Shown one piece after another: positions 13,670 to 27,391 of a stretch of DNA of 64,000 nucleotides. The position numbers and the translations under genes were made by a program. Each line of letters starts with the position of its first letter. The first letter of the stretch is position 1. The notes under the pieces were generated by a model, which had not been told where the DNA came from, made no database searches, and was given only the letters and a program-made list of their open reading frames with translations. Source of the stretch: Trichosphaerium sp. ATCC 40318 (taxonomy: Eukaryota > Protista > Tubulinea); the NCBI GenBank assembly GCA_038496445.1, contig JALMLS010000452.1, positions 4,139 through 68,138 on the forward strand, given 5' to 3'.

Positions 13670-14439
13670 CGTAGAGTTGTGAAGAGAAAGTATTTCCTTT
13701 TTCGTAGGAGTTTCCTAAAAATGATCTCGATTCAGTATATTAATTCGTATCTCGTATAAACTTGAATGATGTAAAGATGCCCGGATTTATTCTATCTCAA
13801 TTATACTGAGATTCCGTAGGCATCTCATACTAAATAAAATAGTATGAAATCTCCCGACTAAATACTTGTAATAACTGTAAGTAATACTAAACATAATTTA
13901 ATAACTAAACTCGGGTTACACCTTCTCTCCAATCACTGACTAAGTACGTCGTGATATTATACATATACTAACTAGGTAGTAAAAGTACGTGACGGACGCT
14001 TTTACAATGATCTATCATTTTATCTCCGTACTTCATACTATGTAAGGATGTGATCGCCAAAAGTGCGAAATTTCTGAAAAAGCGTCGATACCTAGTTGCG
14101 CTCATAATTGACTTTCCAAGTTTTACCTTGTACATATCTGTTCGACTTACTTCAGTCAGAGGTAGTAGGGAGCATGACTTGTGGCATTACAAACAGTGTT
14201 AAATTTCAACGTTCAATTAAAAAACTCAGCACCTTACTACGAAAGGTACCCGAAGGGGCAAGTAGTTATTCGTGAGCATTCAATTTGTGTCAATACAAGT
14301 TTGATAAGTCTATGCGTACATTTAAGTCTTTTATCAAACGCAATAAGCATGACGTTTCTTAAAATAGTAAGTCACCACTTCAAGTAGTAAATGGCTTAAA
14401 AACAAACGCAAAGCACTTTTAGAAGCGTGAGGTACTCTC

Positions 14440-15811
14440 ATGTCTTCATCGGAGTACGTATTACACGTGTGCATTATTTACACTCTTTTATCCGTTTCTT
14501 GCGCTCAAATAACTATCACATACCCTGATGAGGTATCTGGAGAATATACAGCAGTTATAATGCTATTTGGAACTAATTTAGACTTCCAACCTTTCACCAC
14601 GTACAACACAACAGCTGTTCTCGGAACAGTTTCAGATAAAAACGGCTCAATTGTAATTGCTACTCAGAATTCTCGACATCATTACATCGAATGGCTTGAT
14701 CAAGGTGCTCTGGGTATTATAGAGGCTAATGGCCGATCCACACCTTCGTATGCGTCTTTTTTTCAAGAAAGAGGTGATCCAAGAGTAGCAATAAAAGTTG
14801 TTGTATCGTCATCAGATTGGATTGATAAATGTTTTGAAAATGGGATTACGAACTTGACACTTTCTATAAAGAGTCAAGAAAACTGTTACAGGAAGTTCCA
14901 TAAGTCTGTTTGGCCATATATTATATTCATTATTCACTTTGGTATTCACATGGCAACATTGAGTTATTTTATTTGGAAGCTCTATTTTGTTGTAAAATTC
15001 GGTCTCTGCAAGTTTCAAATTACTGCCATTACTATTACTCTAGAGACTATAGCTTGTGTATTGCGTATACCTCCATTACTAGGCTTTACAATACTTCCAA
15101 TGTCTGTACCTTATTCTATATTAGCTTCATCTGTTTCTCTAAGCTTTGTCTTTTCTTCAATCACAAATTTATTAATTATACTTTATTGGCATGAGATACT
15201 CTTAAATACGTCAGTACAGATAAATCTGTTCTTATCAAAGTTAAAGGTACCTTTCTATATAATCTGTCCATTACGTACGTCTTTTTTGGTCACGTGCTCA
15301 ATTCAACATGTCGCTCACTTTTGGCTTTCTAGTGCTTATATTTGAACTCGTTAATAGCGCCACTGTCTTGATAAAACCAGAATCTATTGCAATCATATCA
15401 TTTATAAAGAACGGTGTATACTCCCTCGTAACTATCACTCTATTTATATATTGTTTGAGTGTTAGTATGCAGATTTTAAGAATTACTCGTACGTTTCAAG
15501 ATAAGAAAGTATCAAGAAATGTAAGCATACGTATGCTACAGAATATGGGTGCTATTACTTTGATCTTTGTTTTCAGTATTATGCTTATATTCCGTGTACA
15601 ATATCTCTTCCCTTCTGCTAATTCATTGATGTGGGGTTGTATATACGCATCAACTAACCTTCTTGGTATCATTACAGTCTTGAGTTTGAAAGTTAAAAAT
15701 CCACTAAGCCATTCATCCGTAAGATCAAATGCTTCATCATCAAGAAAGCCTACAACATTACATAGTTTTTCTTTGGAAAATAAAGAAAAAGAAATGGCTA
15801 TCATGCCATAA
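14440..15811 (+). CDS. Signal peptide + possible PA-like ectodomain + multi-TM membrane protein
   Basis: ORFs 14440-15345 and 15308-15811 are joined by a gtacgt...ttctag intron (~15275-15332). About 6-7 hydrophobic segments and a Ser-rich tail. Confidence 0.7.
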
Positions 15812-16364
15812 AGCACGATCTAGAAATACGATAAACAATTTAGAATAAACACCTATATAAATTATCCTTTAATTCCTGCTTTAATAGCTTCTATACTGTT
15901 TAAGTGAACTACACTATCAGCAACTGGTTTCTATGCAACAAGTGTAAAACCACTTCTGTATTTTTGGATTGATCGTTGCACATGGCCACGCTCCTTGTCA
16001 GTTGCAGTATCTGTTGGTCAACAAATCCTTGGGAATTTTGGGTTTTATGTAACTTGATTCATGTGTTCATTACTTTTTTATTTTTAAGTGCGCACTATGA
16101 GCAGCAAGAGTCTACAGGCTCTATGAAGAATAGAGCTATACAGAAGTGGTACGAGCAAACAAACAGTGAGAAATCAGGTTTATTTGAACTTCGACTTAAC
16201 TAAAAAAGAGTTCCTTGAATTGAACATATGTTACTACAACAAAGTTGTTATTGAACTTGTTGCGAAGGTTGTTGATAAACGTATTAGATATTATTATTTT
16301 TACAGAAAATACTTGGTTATATATCACAACTCTTGTCATTTGTTATTGCTATAAACATACAAGA

Positions 16365-18363
16365 TTAATTCAAAATTTGATCTGCAATTTCGCCAAAAGA
16401 CGCATACTGTAAGAATGGGGTCATTGAAGAAAGTATCTCTGTTTCAAAAGCTCTATGTCGTATTCTGCTTCCATTTTTCTTAGCATACTATTGGAAAAAG
16501 TTATTAATTACGAAGAGACCAGAACAAGAAGCAAAAAAAAAAAAAAAAAAAAAAAGAAAAACCCCATCATAACGTACGCTAAATACACGACCAACAAATG
16601 GGTAGGGAATACATAAAGGTTCTATAAAAGATGACACTACTTTAGCACTACGTTTTTGTCCACCATGGTATAATATAGCCCATATATCAGTTGCACAAAA
16701 TCCAATTGAAGGAAAAAATCCTTTAGCATTTAAAAAAAAAGGAATAATACTCTTTCCCTTTTCAGCAACTTTTAGAGCTTCTTCTGTGTGATTTAACATT
16801 CCCAATACACGTGCACATACCGCATAAGAGACGAATTGTGAAACAGGAGATTCTGGCATACCATCAACAAGACATTGAATCTCGTTGATGTACTCTAAAC
16901 ATTTATCCTCATGTACTTCGTCTTTCGTTTGTATCCACATTGAAACCTAAACAAAAATCATAAGAGATCAACACCATCATAAAAAAGTCACCACATTGGC
17001 AACGTACTTCTGTATCCAGTAGAGCCTCATAAACCTTTTTGAGTAAATGTAAATTAACTCCATAATCTATATCTCTTCGTAAAACAACCAATCGAGCTTG
17101 AAGCTGTTGCCTAGCAAAAAGACGATCTAACATAAACTGCTCTGTTGGTTTCGTGTGTTTATGTAAAGTCACTCGTAATCTTAGAACGTTTATACCCTCT
17201 GGTAAACCACCTGTACGCGTACGACCTTACAAGACAAGTGAGAAACAAAATAAAAAATCAAAGACTTTTTTGGTTGTACCATATTTACATTTATCAGCTG
17301 CGCCCTTAAGCTGTAACATATCATCAGCCAGTTCCACTAAATCCAATCCTTGAAGAGATTCACATGCTCCAATTAAATAAGATGCCAGAATAACGAGACC
17401 AGCTATGTACACGTGAGATGAGAATCCAAGGACAAAAAAAATGATAAAGTAATTACCTGCTGTCATTAAAGATGGTTTTTTCATTACTTTCTGCATTAAC
17501 TGAGCGTGAGTCGCAAGATCCTTTGCGCGTTTTGTATTACCACAATAATGTTGTTGCAAAGCAAGCATTGTATAAACAAGGAAAGTAGATGGAGTACCTT
17601 ACAAAATGAGACCAAAACGCCGAAGAAAAAGAAATGCACATGAAAAAAAAAAACAAAACACTCACTCTCGTTCCTATGGAACTCTTCAAGATTAACAGGC
17701 ATATGCAATATAGGTAGCTCAGATCCAACAAACCCTTTAAAAGCATTTATACACATAACAACTTCACTAGCACGTCCGAGATACGAGTCAACGGTCGCTA
17801 AAACGCTCTAAGCTTAGTGTTACCTCTTTTTCTTTTTTTTTTGAATGGAAAATTTGAAAGAAAAAAATGACACGTGCGTTACTTTCTAGACAATCAGCTC
17901 TTCTTTTATGCCTCGATGAAGACGAATCAGACCCTGATTTTGATATGGCTTTGTAATAACCTAATTGTCTCTTGAAGTTACTCTGTCGGCGCTTTTCATC
18001 TTTGAGACTACGCTCTAGGAAATCAATCTGGTTCTCTAAAACCGTACGTGTTGTACCTGTTAAACAAAAAAAAATTAACTAATTACGTCTCTACACAACG
18101 TTTAAAACACCTCTACAATTAATAGTAACGTTTTTAATCGGATTTAGCAACACTCCTATCGTTTTAAAGTAGTTTTTTAAAACTCTTACCCTTACGCCTT
18201 CCCCTACGTTGTGGCTCAGCGTAGACGCATGTAGTATTGGATTTGACACACCCAGCTATTACTGTTAGTTAACAAAAGATTACAATAGTACAATACCACA
18301 AGGGCTTTCATTATTGCATTTTAAATGCCTTTTTCGACACGCAAGACAAGATGCTTTACGCAT
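16365..18363 (-). CDS. Zn2Cys6 (GAL4-type) transcription factor
   Basis: Spliced N-terminus MRKASCLACRKRHLKCNNESPCAGCVKSNTTCVY..RRGRRK fits C-x2-C-x6-C-x5-C-x2-C-x6-C. Helical C-terminal exons end at TAA 16365. Confidence 0.85.
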
Positions 18364-18729
18364 GTATCACGAAATTCAAAGGGGAGCAATAATTTGGCCG
18401 ATGGCCCACTTTATTTCACGCTAGAAAAGAGTTGACGATTGCAGGGCACAAGGTGTAGAAAATGAAAAATAATGAATTCTGACGCCCGACCAGAAAGAGT
18501 ACCAACTCGAGTTTGTTCTATCCTGGTTATTGGTTGCAAAAAACTCTACAACATGTGCCGTATTTGTACATTATCTCGTTTTAGTCAATAGCTGGTATCT
18601 GCTGAAGTGAGAGACAAAATATAGCTGCACATTAATATAAACGCGACAAATAAACTGAAAAACTGTAAGCTCTCAGAGAGGCTACTTAATTCTTTTTTTA
18701 TGGTTTTTACACTTTTTTTGTTTTTGTAT

Positions 18730-19744
18730 CTACATTTCTTTTGCTTCTTTTTTCATTTCTGTATTTTCTTTTGCCTTGTTAGCTATTTTATCAATATCAA
18801 GGGACGAGGTAGATCCTGTTTTTTGCTTCTTGCGCGCTTGTATATCACGCTGAATCTCTCTAATTGTACGCTTGTCACGACCTGATGCTTTGCACTCTAC
18901 AAGACCACCCATCGCTTGTTCTAGCTCGAATTGAGACTTCATTGACCTTGGTCTCTTTTTTCTTGGTTTGTCAACAACTGTTTCTTCTGTTTTCGTCTAC
19001 AATCAATATTAACACAATAAACAAAACGTAGTAATTGAGTACAGGCAAAAGAAAGCGATTTGAAATGAACTGAAATAGCCATAAACTCAAAGTCTTCTTA
19101 TTGCTTTAAAGCAATAATATGGTAAAGACATACTGCTATTAATACGTACTGGGGCGGTTGTGATTGTTTCATGCTTTTGTAGGGAGTAAGGGATACGCTT
19201 TGCGGGATTATATTTCTCCTTTAGACGCGTTAATTCCTCATCAGAAGGAGCGTGGTTGGGTTTATAGATATACAGAAATTTATCGATCTCATCTCTACCA
19301 AAAGAATGCGCAACGCAACCGTGTTCCTCAGCAATATCATATCTACAAAGAATATGAGAATAGACGTTGTTAACGATAGATTTTTTATACAAGGTCAAAA
19401 ACCTACTGAAGAGCGCGCGTCCATTACTGTGGCATTCACGCATAATATTGATGAGTTGTTAACGTACATTATTAGTCGTTCCCACTTGAAAGCCGCAGGA
19501 TAACGCAAGCGGTTATGTTCTGTTTGTGTGACGAATTTTGTAACGTGCTCCTCGACTTTCTCCCTAAGGGTTTCTACTTTCTTATCAAACTTTGCCTTCT
19601 CCTCCTTCTCCTTTTTAATGCGCGCTAGGCAATATGACTACCAATTGGCGAAAGGTTTTGTGACTATTAACCTTTTTCCTGCTCAGACAGCTTTGGCTGT
19701 GATTTAGCATTCTCAGTGATTTTGTTCAGTAGAGAGTTGAGCAT
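18730..19744 (-). CDS. SPAG7: R3H-domain protein, SPAG7 homolog
   Basis: MLNSLLNKI, ERLIM|YDIAEEHGCVAHSFGRDE, APSDEEL and RDKRTIREIQRDIQARKK match the SPAG7 pattern. Confidence 0.88.
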
Positions 19745-19856
19745 TGCGCCTAGTTTGAGCGGAATAAACAATTGACAGGCATTTTTAGTGTCTTTTTTCA
19801 AAAAGTCCATCAAAGTAGTAGTTACAGTCAGAGGATCGCGAAATGTACAAGGTGTG

Positions 19857-22800
19857 ATGTCAGTGGTACGTACTATTTATGGCGGTGCCAATCTTTACCA
19901 ACTGTAACTGTTACAACAGAAATCGCTCAGGGCTAGGTTAAATAAACTATACGACGCGAAGATACCTAGTATTGTCGCTGAAAAGCATGCCGTTGAGTTA
20001 TTATTGCGTTTAATAAGCCAGAATCGCATAAACCTCTACTACACCTTAGACGGAAAGGAGTACATCACAGAGGAACATTTAAAGAAGGAAATATACACAG
20101 AAGTATTACTTCGCGATGGTACTCCATTGACGATACACCAAAGCGCCTACAAATACACCATATAGGTCGTTTAGCCACACCAGAACTCGCTGACATTCTA
20201 AATATTCCCCAAACGTCTCTTGAAGGTCTGGTTGCATCAATCGTAAGCGAAGATGAAGAATTTTACTTTATTAATCATGAGTGCATAACAGAGTACGTAG
20301 TGCGTCTAACCAAACCGTTTTTTTTCAAAAGGGAAACCTACCACGTGATTCACAAAACAACATTTTTGTCTCGCTTTTTTTTTTGACTTTCGTTTGATTT
20401 CTCAATATGTGATAGGGCTTATCTATCTGGTATTTGTCTTGAAGTATATGAAGCACTACAGAGTGTTCAGTGCTTAACAATAAGCTCTTTGGCTCAAAAA
20501 TATGTCTTAAATTTTGATTTTTTGAGTAAAGTATTCAGAAGAAAGATTACTGCCGGTGAACTCGACGCAAAGCTTTTAAATGATGTACTTTACACTGACG
20601 CTTATGTCAGTGCTCAAAAGGGTCTACTAAGAGGTATTTTAGCTGGTATAACTAGGTACAGTAACAGTCAAAACGAAATTTCTTATTCGGTTTTTCGACC
20701 TTTTTTGATGCGATGAAACTCATTCTTTTGCAGGCCTACAACAATAACATCACTTTCACAACAACATGAAGGCCTTGAATTACAGTTGATACATTGTACG
20801 TTTTATTTTTGAATTTCCACATGAAGTTTGATTGACTTTTTTTTGTTACCAGCAAACTTGAAAGCTCTGGAGGAAGAAGGTTGGATATTTGGAGAACTTG
20901 CTAGCTCGTACAATCTATATATTCCTTCAGTATGGCCTGAAGCACAAAGAGCTTGGGTAGCGAATGTGTACAGCGCTAATAATTATATTGGTAAGAAAAC
21001 TAATGGATATACAAAAAAAAAAAAAAGCGTTAATTTTTTCAAAATGTTAGCAGAAAACTGACACTTTGTAGATTACCAAATGCTCGAAAAAATAGGAATA
21101 TCAAGCCTGAGAGTTGGATGAAGAAGGAATATCCGAAAGGAATTCCACTTAATAACCTTTACGCTCATCCAAACCTTCTAATTGCGGTTGATGGCGAAAT
21201 TCAAGCGATTGTTGAAGGAAAGTCATATGGTTGTTTAATGGTTCGTCTAGTTGTTTTTATTTTCGTCATCACTACTGAAAAACGTATTCTTCCTACAAAG
21301 GAAGAAATTCCTTGCAAGGAGAACTTAGTGTCATTTTTTCGAAGTTTTTTTGCAATTGCTAACAATGTTTGTTTTCTAGAACCACATGCCAGTTAACTGT
21401 GAGGAGGATGATGTATCTAGATTATTAAGATATAGTCAAGTTATATCTGAAGAGAAAGGGAAAAGCCTAGAGGTTTTTGATGATGTGTATATTGTTTCTA
21501 AAGGGTTCATGGAGAAGCTTAAGGGTCAGATATTCCAACTCGCTTACGGTGAAGCGAAAAAAACTTTGTTTCAAGCGAATGCAAAAACCGTAAGTGTGTC
21601 ATTTTAACTGCGTCAAATCATGTATGTACTAATAGATAATACATAGAAGAAATCATCTGGTGGGTCTAATGAGCGTGGGGTGTATAAAGAGGCGATAATA
21701 TCTTTTTTAAATGAAAAATATGAAGAGATGGATACACGTTTGATGGATCCTCTAGCGATGATGTATATAGATTACTACGCTAAGAGTATTATGGAAGAGA
21801 GATCAAAGATACTTTTAGGAAATCAAAGCGAAGGAGAGACTCTTAAAAAGCTACAAAAGAGAATAGATGGCATTTACATAAACTATCAAATGTTCGAAAA
21901 AGCATTGACAACAATAACAGACGGTAAGCCGTATTATACTTTCTCCTTCAGCTTCTTTTATGTTTCTATTTTATATATCTATATTACGGGATTTAAAACA
22001 GTATAGTTAAAAGCTTGTTGCTAGCGTGAAGGTGTTTTTTTTGATGTTTTTCTGAAGCGTATAAAACTTTTTTCGATTTTATTTTAGTTTGAACCTAAAA
22101 ACTGATACACTTTTGGTTTAGATGAAGACAGAGCAAGTTTATCAATGTATTTACTATCAACATTATGTAAAGATCTTACATTGACCGTTGTCACTATGCA
22201 AGCTGTATTCCATCGTGTACCTGATCCGAACGGTGCTACAGACGTTCATAAAGCGAAAAAGTTGGTAGAGAACATTCCAGTTGTTGTTGAAAAGGAAGGA
22301 TTATTAACACTTCTACAAGCACTCAAGTGGGTACGTATTGACTTTGTTTATTCGTTGAGGATACCATAAACTTGAGTGTGCTAAGAATGGCTAGAATCTA
22401 AATGATTGGTTCAGTCAACTAGAGGCTGTAGCGAAGCTAACTAAACTATTTTTGAAAAAGATCGACAAAAAAACTATGAAGTAAGCAAGAAAACAAGACA
22501 TTTTTATCAGTTTTTTTATTTTTTTTTTGACTTTGTTTCTTGAAATACTCCCTTGCTTTAGTCTTATTTTTAATTTAATTTAGGGCTTTACTATCTATAA
22601 AGTCTAAACAGACTATAGCGCAGCTTAAAACTGAAAATGTTGGAGAGAGGGTTGTACTTCTCGTTTTGAGTTACCTCCATAGTAAACACTTAAAAGTTGT
22701 ACCATATGCGCCTCCTGGTGCCAACGAAATACTCCTCAAAGCGGTCAGCGAGAAGCTGACGGACGGAGAAATACAATTACTAAAAAAAGCTATTGAAGAT

Positions 22801-22857
22801 CCTACACCTGATCTTATAGGAGAGGTGAAGAAACTTGTAAAAAAGCAAACTAAATAA
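19857..22857 (+). CDS. UFL1: E3 UFM1-protein ligase 1
   Basis: EKHAVELLLRLISQNRINLYYTLDGKEYITEEHLKKEI..RDGR is the UFL1 N-terminal signature; also YVSAQKGLLRGILAGITRP. Multi-exon. Confidence 0.88.
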
Positions 22858-23099
22858 ATTAAAAAAAAACATTAAACTACAAAAAAAAAAAAAAAAAAAG
22901 AAGCAATGACGACGAATTGTCTTTGCATCTCAACAGCGTCTGCGAATTCATACTTCTATATATTTTATTTTATATACTATAATACAAGTGTTTATTTTCA
23001 CTGGGAGGAGTGTAAGGTAAAAACTCCTCTGTGGCACGAGGCCACGTTCGAAAAAACGTCCGGATCTGTTGTCGGAACATTAGAAACAACCAAATCAGA

Positions 23100-25020
23100 C
23101 GCCATTTCTTAATCAAGTATACTATACGATCTACAGCTTTATCTATCTTTCATATACTGTCATCTACGTCAAGAAGAACTAGGGTAAAATCCGTTAAAAT
23201 GTACGCAAACGTCATACCTCGATTGGGAGGTTTTTTGAGGGATTTTTTTATTCATAAAATAAAAGGACGAAAGAGCTTCAGGTTTGTACCTCATTGGCAT
23301 TGGTTATACCATTGTATAATCTCTGCTTCTATACGGTAAAGGAAGTGTAAATGTCTATTACTACAATGAAGTTCTGGTTGAGGACACATACTAAGCACGT
23401 GATGCTACAAAAAGAAATCGAATCGTAAGAACTTTGTTACATGATTTTTGGAAATGAAGGTATTGAGGACGGCTAAGAATTTCAAAAGGAAGAAGAAAGG
23501 GCCGACTTTGAAGTGCTTACCATGTAATTCGCCTTTTTCATAAACGCAACATATTGCTCACTCATCCGTTTATTCGGTGGTGTATTATTATGCACCCAGT
23601 TAAATATCGTCCTCAGCAACCCCTTCAATGGCTCCATTTCTCTCCACTAATATACATGAGACAGAAGATAGGTTATAAAATACACTAGTAATTCAGTATT
23701 TCATAAAATTCTTTTTTTGTATTTTTTTTTTATTTCATTGGCTCCTTCTGTCTCTTCGTTCGTACTTTACGGAATATCATCTTAGCCACTTCATTACGAT
23801 CATCAATACCTTGTGGCGCTCTTTGAATAGTTTGTGTTGCTGTTCTAATAGCTACTGGCTTTAAAACAGTACGAAAAGCGCTAGCTGTCTCTATGTTGCT
23901 TATTGATAGGTTTTTCATGTGGGACGTGCAGCTGTCTTTGTCTTGGTTTGACATTGTGATAGTGTATGCGCCGTCGCTGCCTTTCAAAGAGTGTGAATTA
24001 AAAAATTGAGAAACCTAAGAAATACTTATTGTGTTGAAAAACGCTACATTCGCGTACAAGGCGCATTTATAGCCAAAAGTATCTTCTGGTAAACCAGGAT
24101 GGGTTTCCGCCGTATTAGTATTAGTTGGAATGTTACTCGCGTATCGAGGTATCTGTTCGCGTTTAAACGCGTGTGGAGAGGTTTCCGAAGGGTTTTATTA
24201 AAAATGTACCATTTCCTTTCAGTTTTTCCGTTATTGCTGGTTTTAAACGCAGAAAGAGACCAATACCAATATTAACCTCGTTTGCGATAGTTTTAAGGAG
24301 AAATAAAAATATCACGCGAAAAGCGCACAGTTTTCGCAAATTTTCTCCTTCGCTCGTCACCCAAACCAGAAATCGGATCATTCGCTTTTATGCGCGCTGT
24401 AATAACCATTCCGGAATAAAAGGGAAGAAACCTTTCGTTTTGAGGAGAATTTAGCTTCTAGCAATGTGATAACGACGGGACACCTATGCAGTGCGTCAAA
24501 AAACGATATAGCGTATATGTGTTCACAAAAAAGCGAATGTCAAACGCACAAAGTAGTGTTTTTTCGCAAAAAGATTGCGAACATTTTGGCGTCAATTCAA
24601 CGCTATGTACGTAATTTCAAGCGTTCTGTATACTTAGAGCAACATTCTTACATACCAGCAGAACCTTAATAACGTTGTTACGAGGCTGCCAAAACGGTTC
24701 TCGTTTCCTAGTGCTAGCAAACTATTCTTACGTCTTCTCATTTTTTGAAACTGTTGCTGCCGCCATCATACGTACTATCTGTCCTCTATGTGGCATTGTC
24801 AGTAACGAATCTTCTCTACAAGAAGTACCAAAAGGCAGAGGGGCACCTGTGGTCGTTGGGATTGCTGTATTATGGTGGTACAGCGTGGTTAGAATTAACG
24901 TAAACATAGGCGAAATCTAACTGAAATTTGTTGGGTATTTCAGGTGACCCTTACCTCTTTTTTAGACTTCTCAGGAATCTATGATTGATGTTTTATGTAT
25001 CTACGATATGTCTAGTGTCG
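23100..25020 (-). other. Probable uncharacterised multi-exon gene or pseudogene
   Basis: Exon-like segments flanked by GT/AG (e.g. WREMEPLKGLLRTIFNWVHNN.., ORF 23730-23987). No recognised domain. Confidence 0.3.
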
Positions 25021-25648
25021 ATAAAACTGCTTTTTAGATCTAAAAGGGACAACACACATTGTAACGAAGACTAAGAAAAATTTTGTTTATTTTTGTAAAG
25101 TAGCTGGAAATAGTCAGTTACAATGTGGGCTCTGGAACCCTTTTAGAAACGCTGGAACAAACATACGCACCTCTTTAATATATAAAGAAAGAACACAAAG
25201 CATGTGAGTTGTTGTAAGAGTCAGACAGGCAACACCGCAAGAGCAATAGATGAAGTTGTTTTGTTGTCTTTTGACATTGCTTTCAAAGCCTTCGTTGCAG
25301 GCTTGCGGCATTAGCTATAACTTTTCATTACATAAACTAAGACTAACCGCAATACCTCGGTGAACAAGGTTTTCGGAGTAGGTAGTATAAGAGTTTACAA
25401 GAAGCCATCAACGTTTGTACCTTCATGAAGGTTTGCCACGTTTCTGCGTACAACTTTTTTTGTTTATCTCCTTTTAATGACATCACACAAGAACGCTAGT
25501 GATTATACCGACAGGTTTTGTATGAGCGTTAACCAACACTATACAAACCATCGTTTGAACACAATCAAAAATAGTGTGATGAGGCTATAAGCCTCTTTTT
25601 ATTTATGTTTTACAAAACCACAATCAAACGCTAATGATTCTCAAACAA

Positions 25649-26810
25649 TCAGTTACAAAATTCAACCCAAGAATCCAAGCTGAGCTTCTTCTTTATACCC
25701 CTATAATGAACGTTAAAACGTGCTTTAATGCAAAAAAGAGGATAAGATCACGTGAAAGAGATGACGAACGACGTACGAGAATTTGTTTTTCTTCGCTTCT
25801 GGGCAAAACTTTGATGTGTTCTCACTATATTCACACTCGAATACAGCTTTTCCTTGAACAATAAAAGGATCGTACGTGTTGCATTCGTTATATTGAAAGC
25901 ATTGTTCATTAAGACACCAGTCAAAGTGTGAAACGAGATCTTTGACTTGGTCATTGTCATTTTTAAGGCCAATAGACATGTTTCTCTTATGAACTTGCTC
26001 TGTCAACCAGATATTATACTTTAGTTGATCAGCATATGTTAAAGGAAAGCCTAAGTTTACATTACAAAGGAACCAAGGACAAGAAAAATAGTTGAAACCT
26101 AACATAAATGGCAACGAATAGTTCGGTGGTTTTTTTTTCTAAATTTGTCCGAGATGTCACGTGTTTGCCTTCAGCGAACATCCTTTAGTTTGAGGATGCG
26201 TTTGATAAAACATACCAGATGGGTTCGTATAACCATCAATATTATCAGGCTCAATACCATCACAGTTCTTGGCAACAGCCATATCGAATCTTTTTTCCAT
26301 GATTGGTCCAAGCACTTCAATCTAAAACACCTTTGTAAGTTATTACTTATCTCCCGCCACCACAGAACTCACGTTACGTATATCTAACCACTTTTCTCCT
26401 GGCCATCCGTTATCCTTACCTTTAACGCTTTCTGGAAAGGTAGACGCGTCTGGACGCCAATTCTCCCAAGAACCAACGTCAATGTAACAAACGACGTAAC
26501 GTCCTTTTTCGTGAAGTTCTTTAATCAAACTAGCGTCATTTGAGAACATATCAATATCATACATATCCACTACAACGAAGTTGACAAACAAGCGAGATGA
26601 CACAGCAGAACAAAAAAAAAACGAAAACAAAATTACCGTTAACACTAGTATTAATAGTGCCTTGAAGTTGCCATTGCCACGTGGTGCCAACCGGTAACGG
26701 TTTCCATCTACTTAAAAGTTAGCAGAATAGTTCGTTTTTTTCTTTCAATGTGGTTACGCTAGTGATAGTGCTAAAAGAACAAGAAAGATCAACAGTACTT
26801 TACACGTCAT
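25649..26810 (-). CDS. Secreted GH114 endo-alpha-1,4-polygalactosaminidase-like hydrolase
   Basis: Signal peptide, WQWQLQG, YDIDMF, VCYIDVGSWENWRPDA, WPGEKWLDIR, CDGIEPDNIDGY, IGLKND, LNEQCFQYNEC, KAVFECEY. Confidence 0.92.
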
Positions 26811-27391
26811 TTGATGCTTCTTTACTCGTTATCTAAAAGATAGTGCCTTAACTGCAAGCAAACCACGAAAAGTTGACCTTACTTGCTAGATGCGTTAGAC
26901 ACAGCCGCCTTGAGATTCATGTGGTAGTGTTAGACCTTTGGTGCTTTTTTACTTCAAATGGAGTATGTAATGCACACACGTACCTTCTACGCGTAGAGAA
27001 TATTGTTTAGAGTATTTAAACTTGTTTTTAGGGAGTAATCCACTTTTTTGAACCAAAAAACGTTGTTCAACATGCATAGCTTCAGTTTTCACATAAATGG
27101 AACTGTTCATGTGTCACGTAATACTCAGACATCATAAAAGAGTGCACTGCTTTAAAAATTGTTACTTTCCCGTTTAGGCAACAGCAAGACCGTAACTTAT
27201 GCTACTAGTTTTTTTTGCCTCACCGCATCTTATTCCACATAATCCTTTTAAAGTGTATGTTAAAGCTATTAAGCGTTTGTGGCATGCTTACGTAATCTGG
27301 CTCTACACTTCATGACGTTGAAATCGTCTGTACATTCATTCCCACAACCATTTTTTTATTTATTTTGATTATGTTTGTTTTTTGTTGCGTT

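Noticed and set aside
16365-18363. Zn2Cys6 gene as evidence of fungal origin or transfer
   Set aside because: Zn2Cys6 domains are known in amoebozoans and other protists, and the intron style matches the neighbouring genes.
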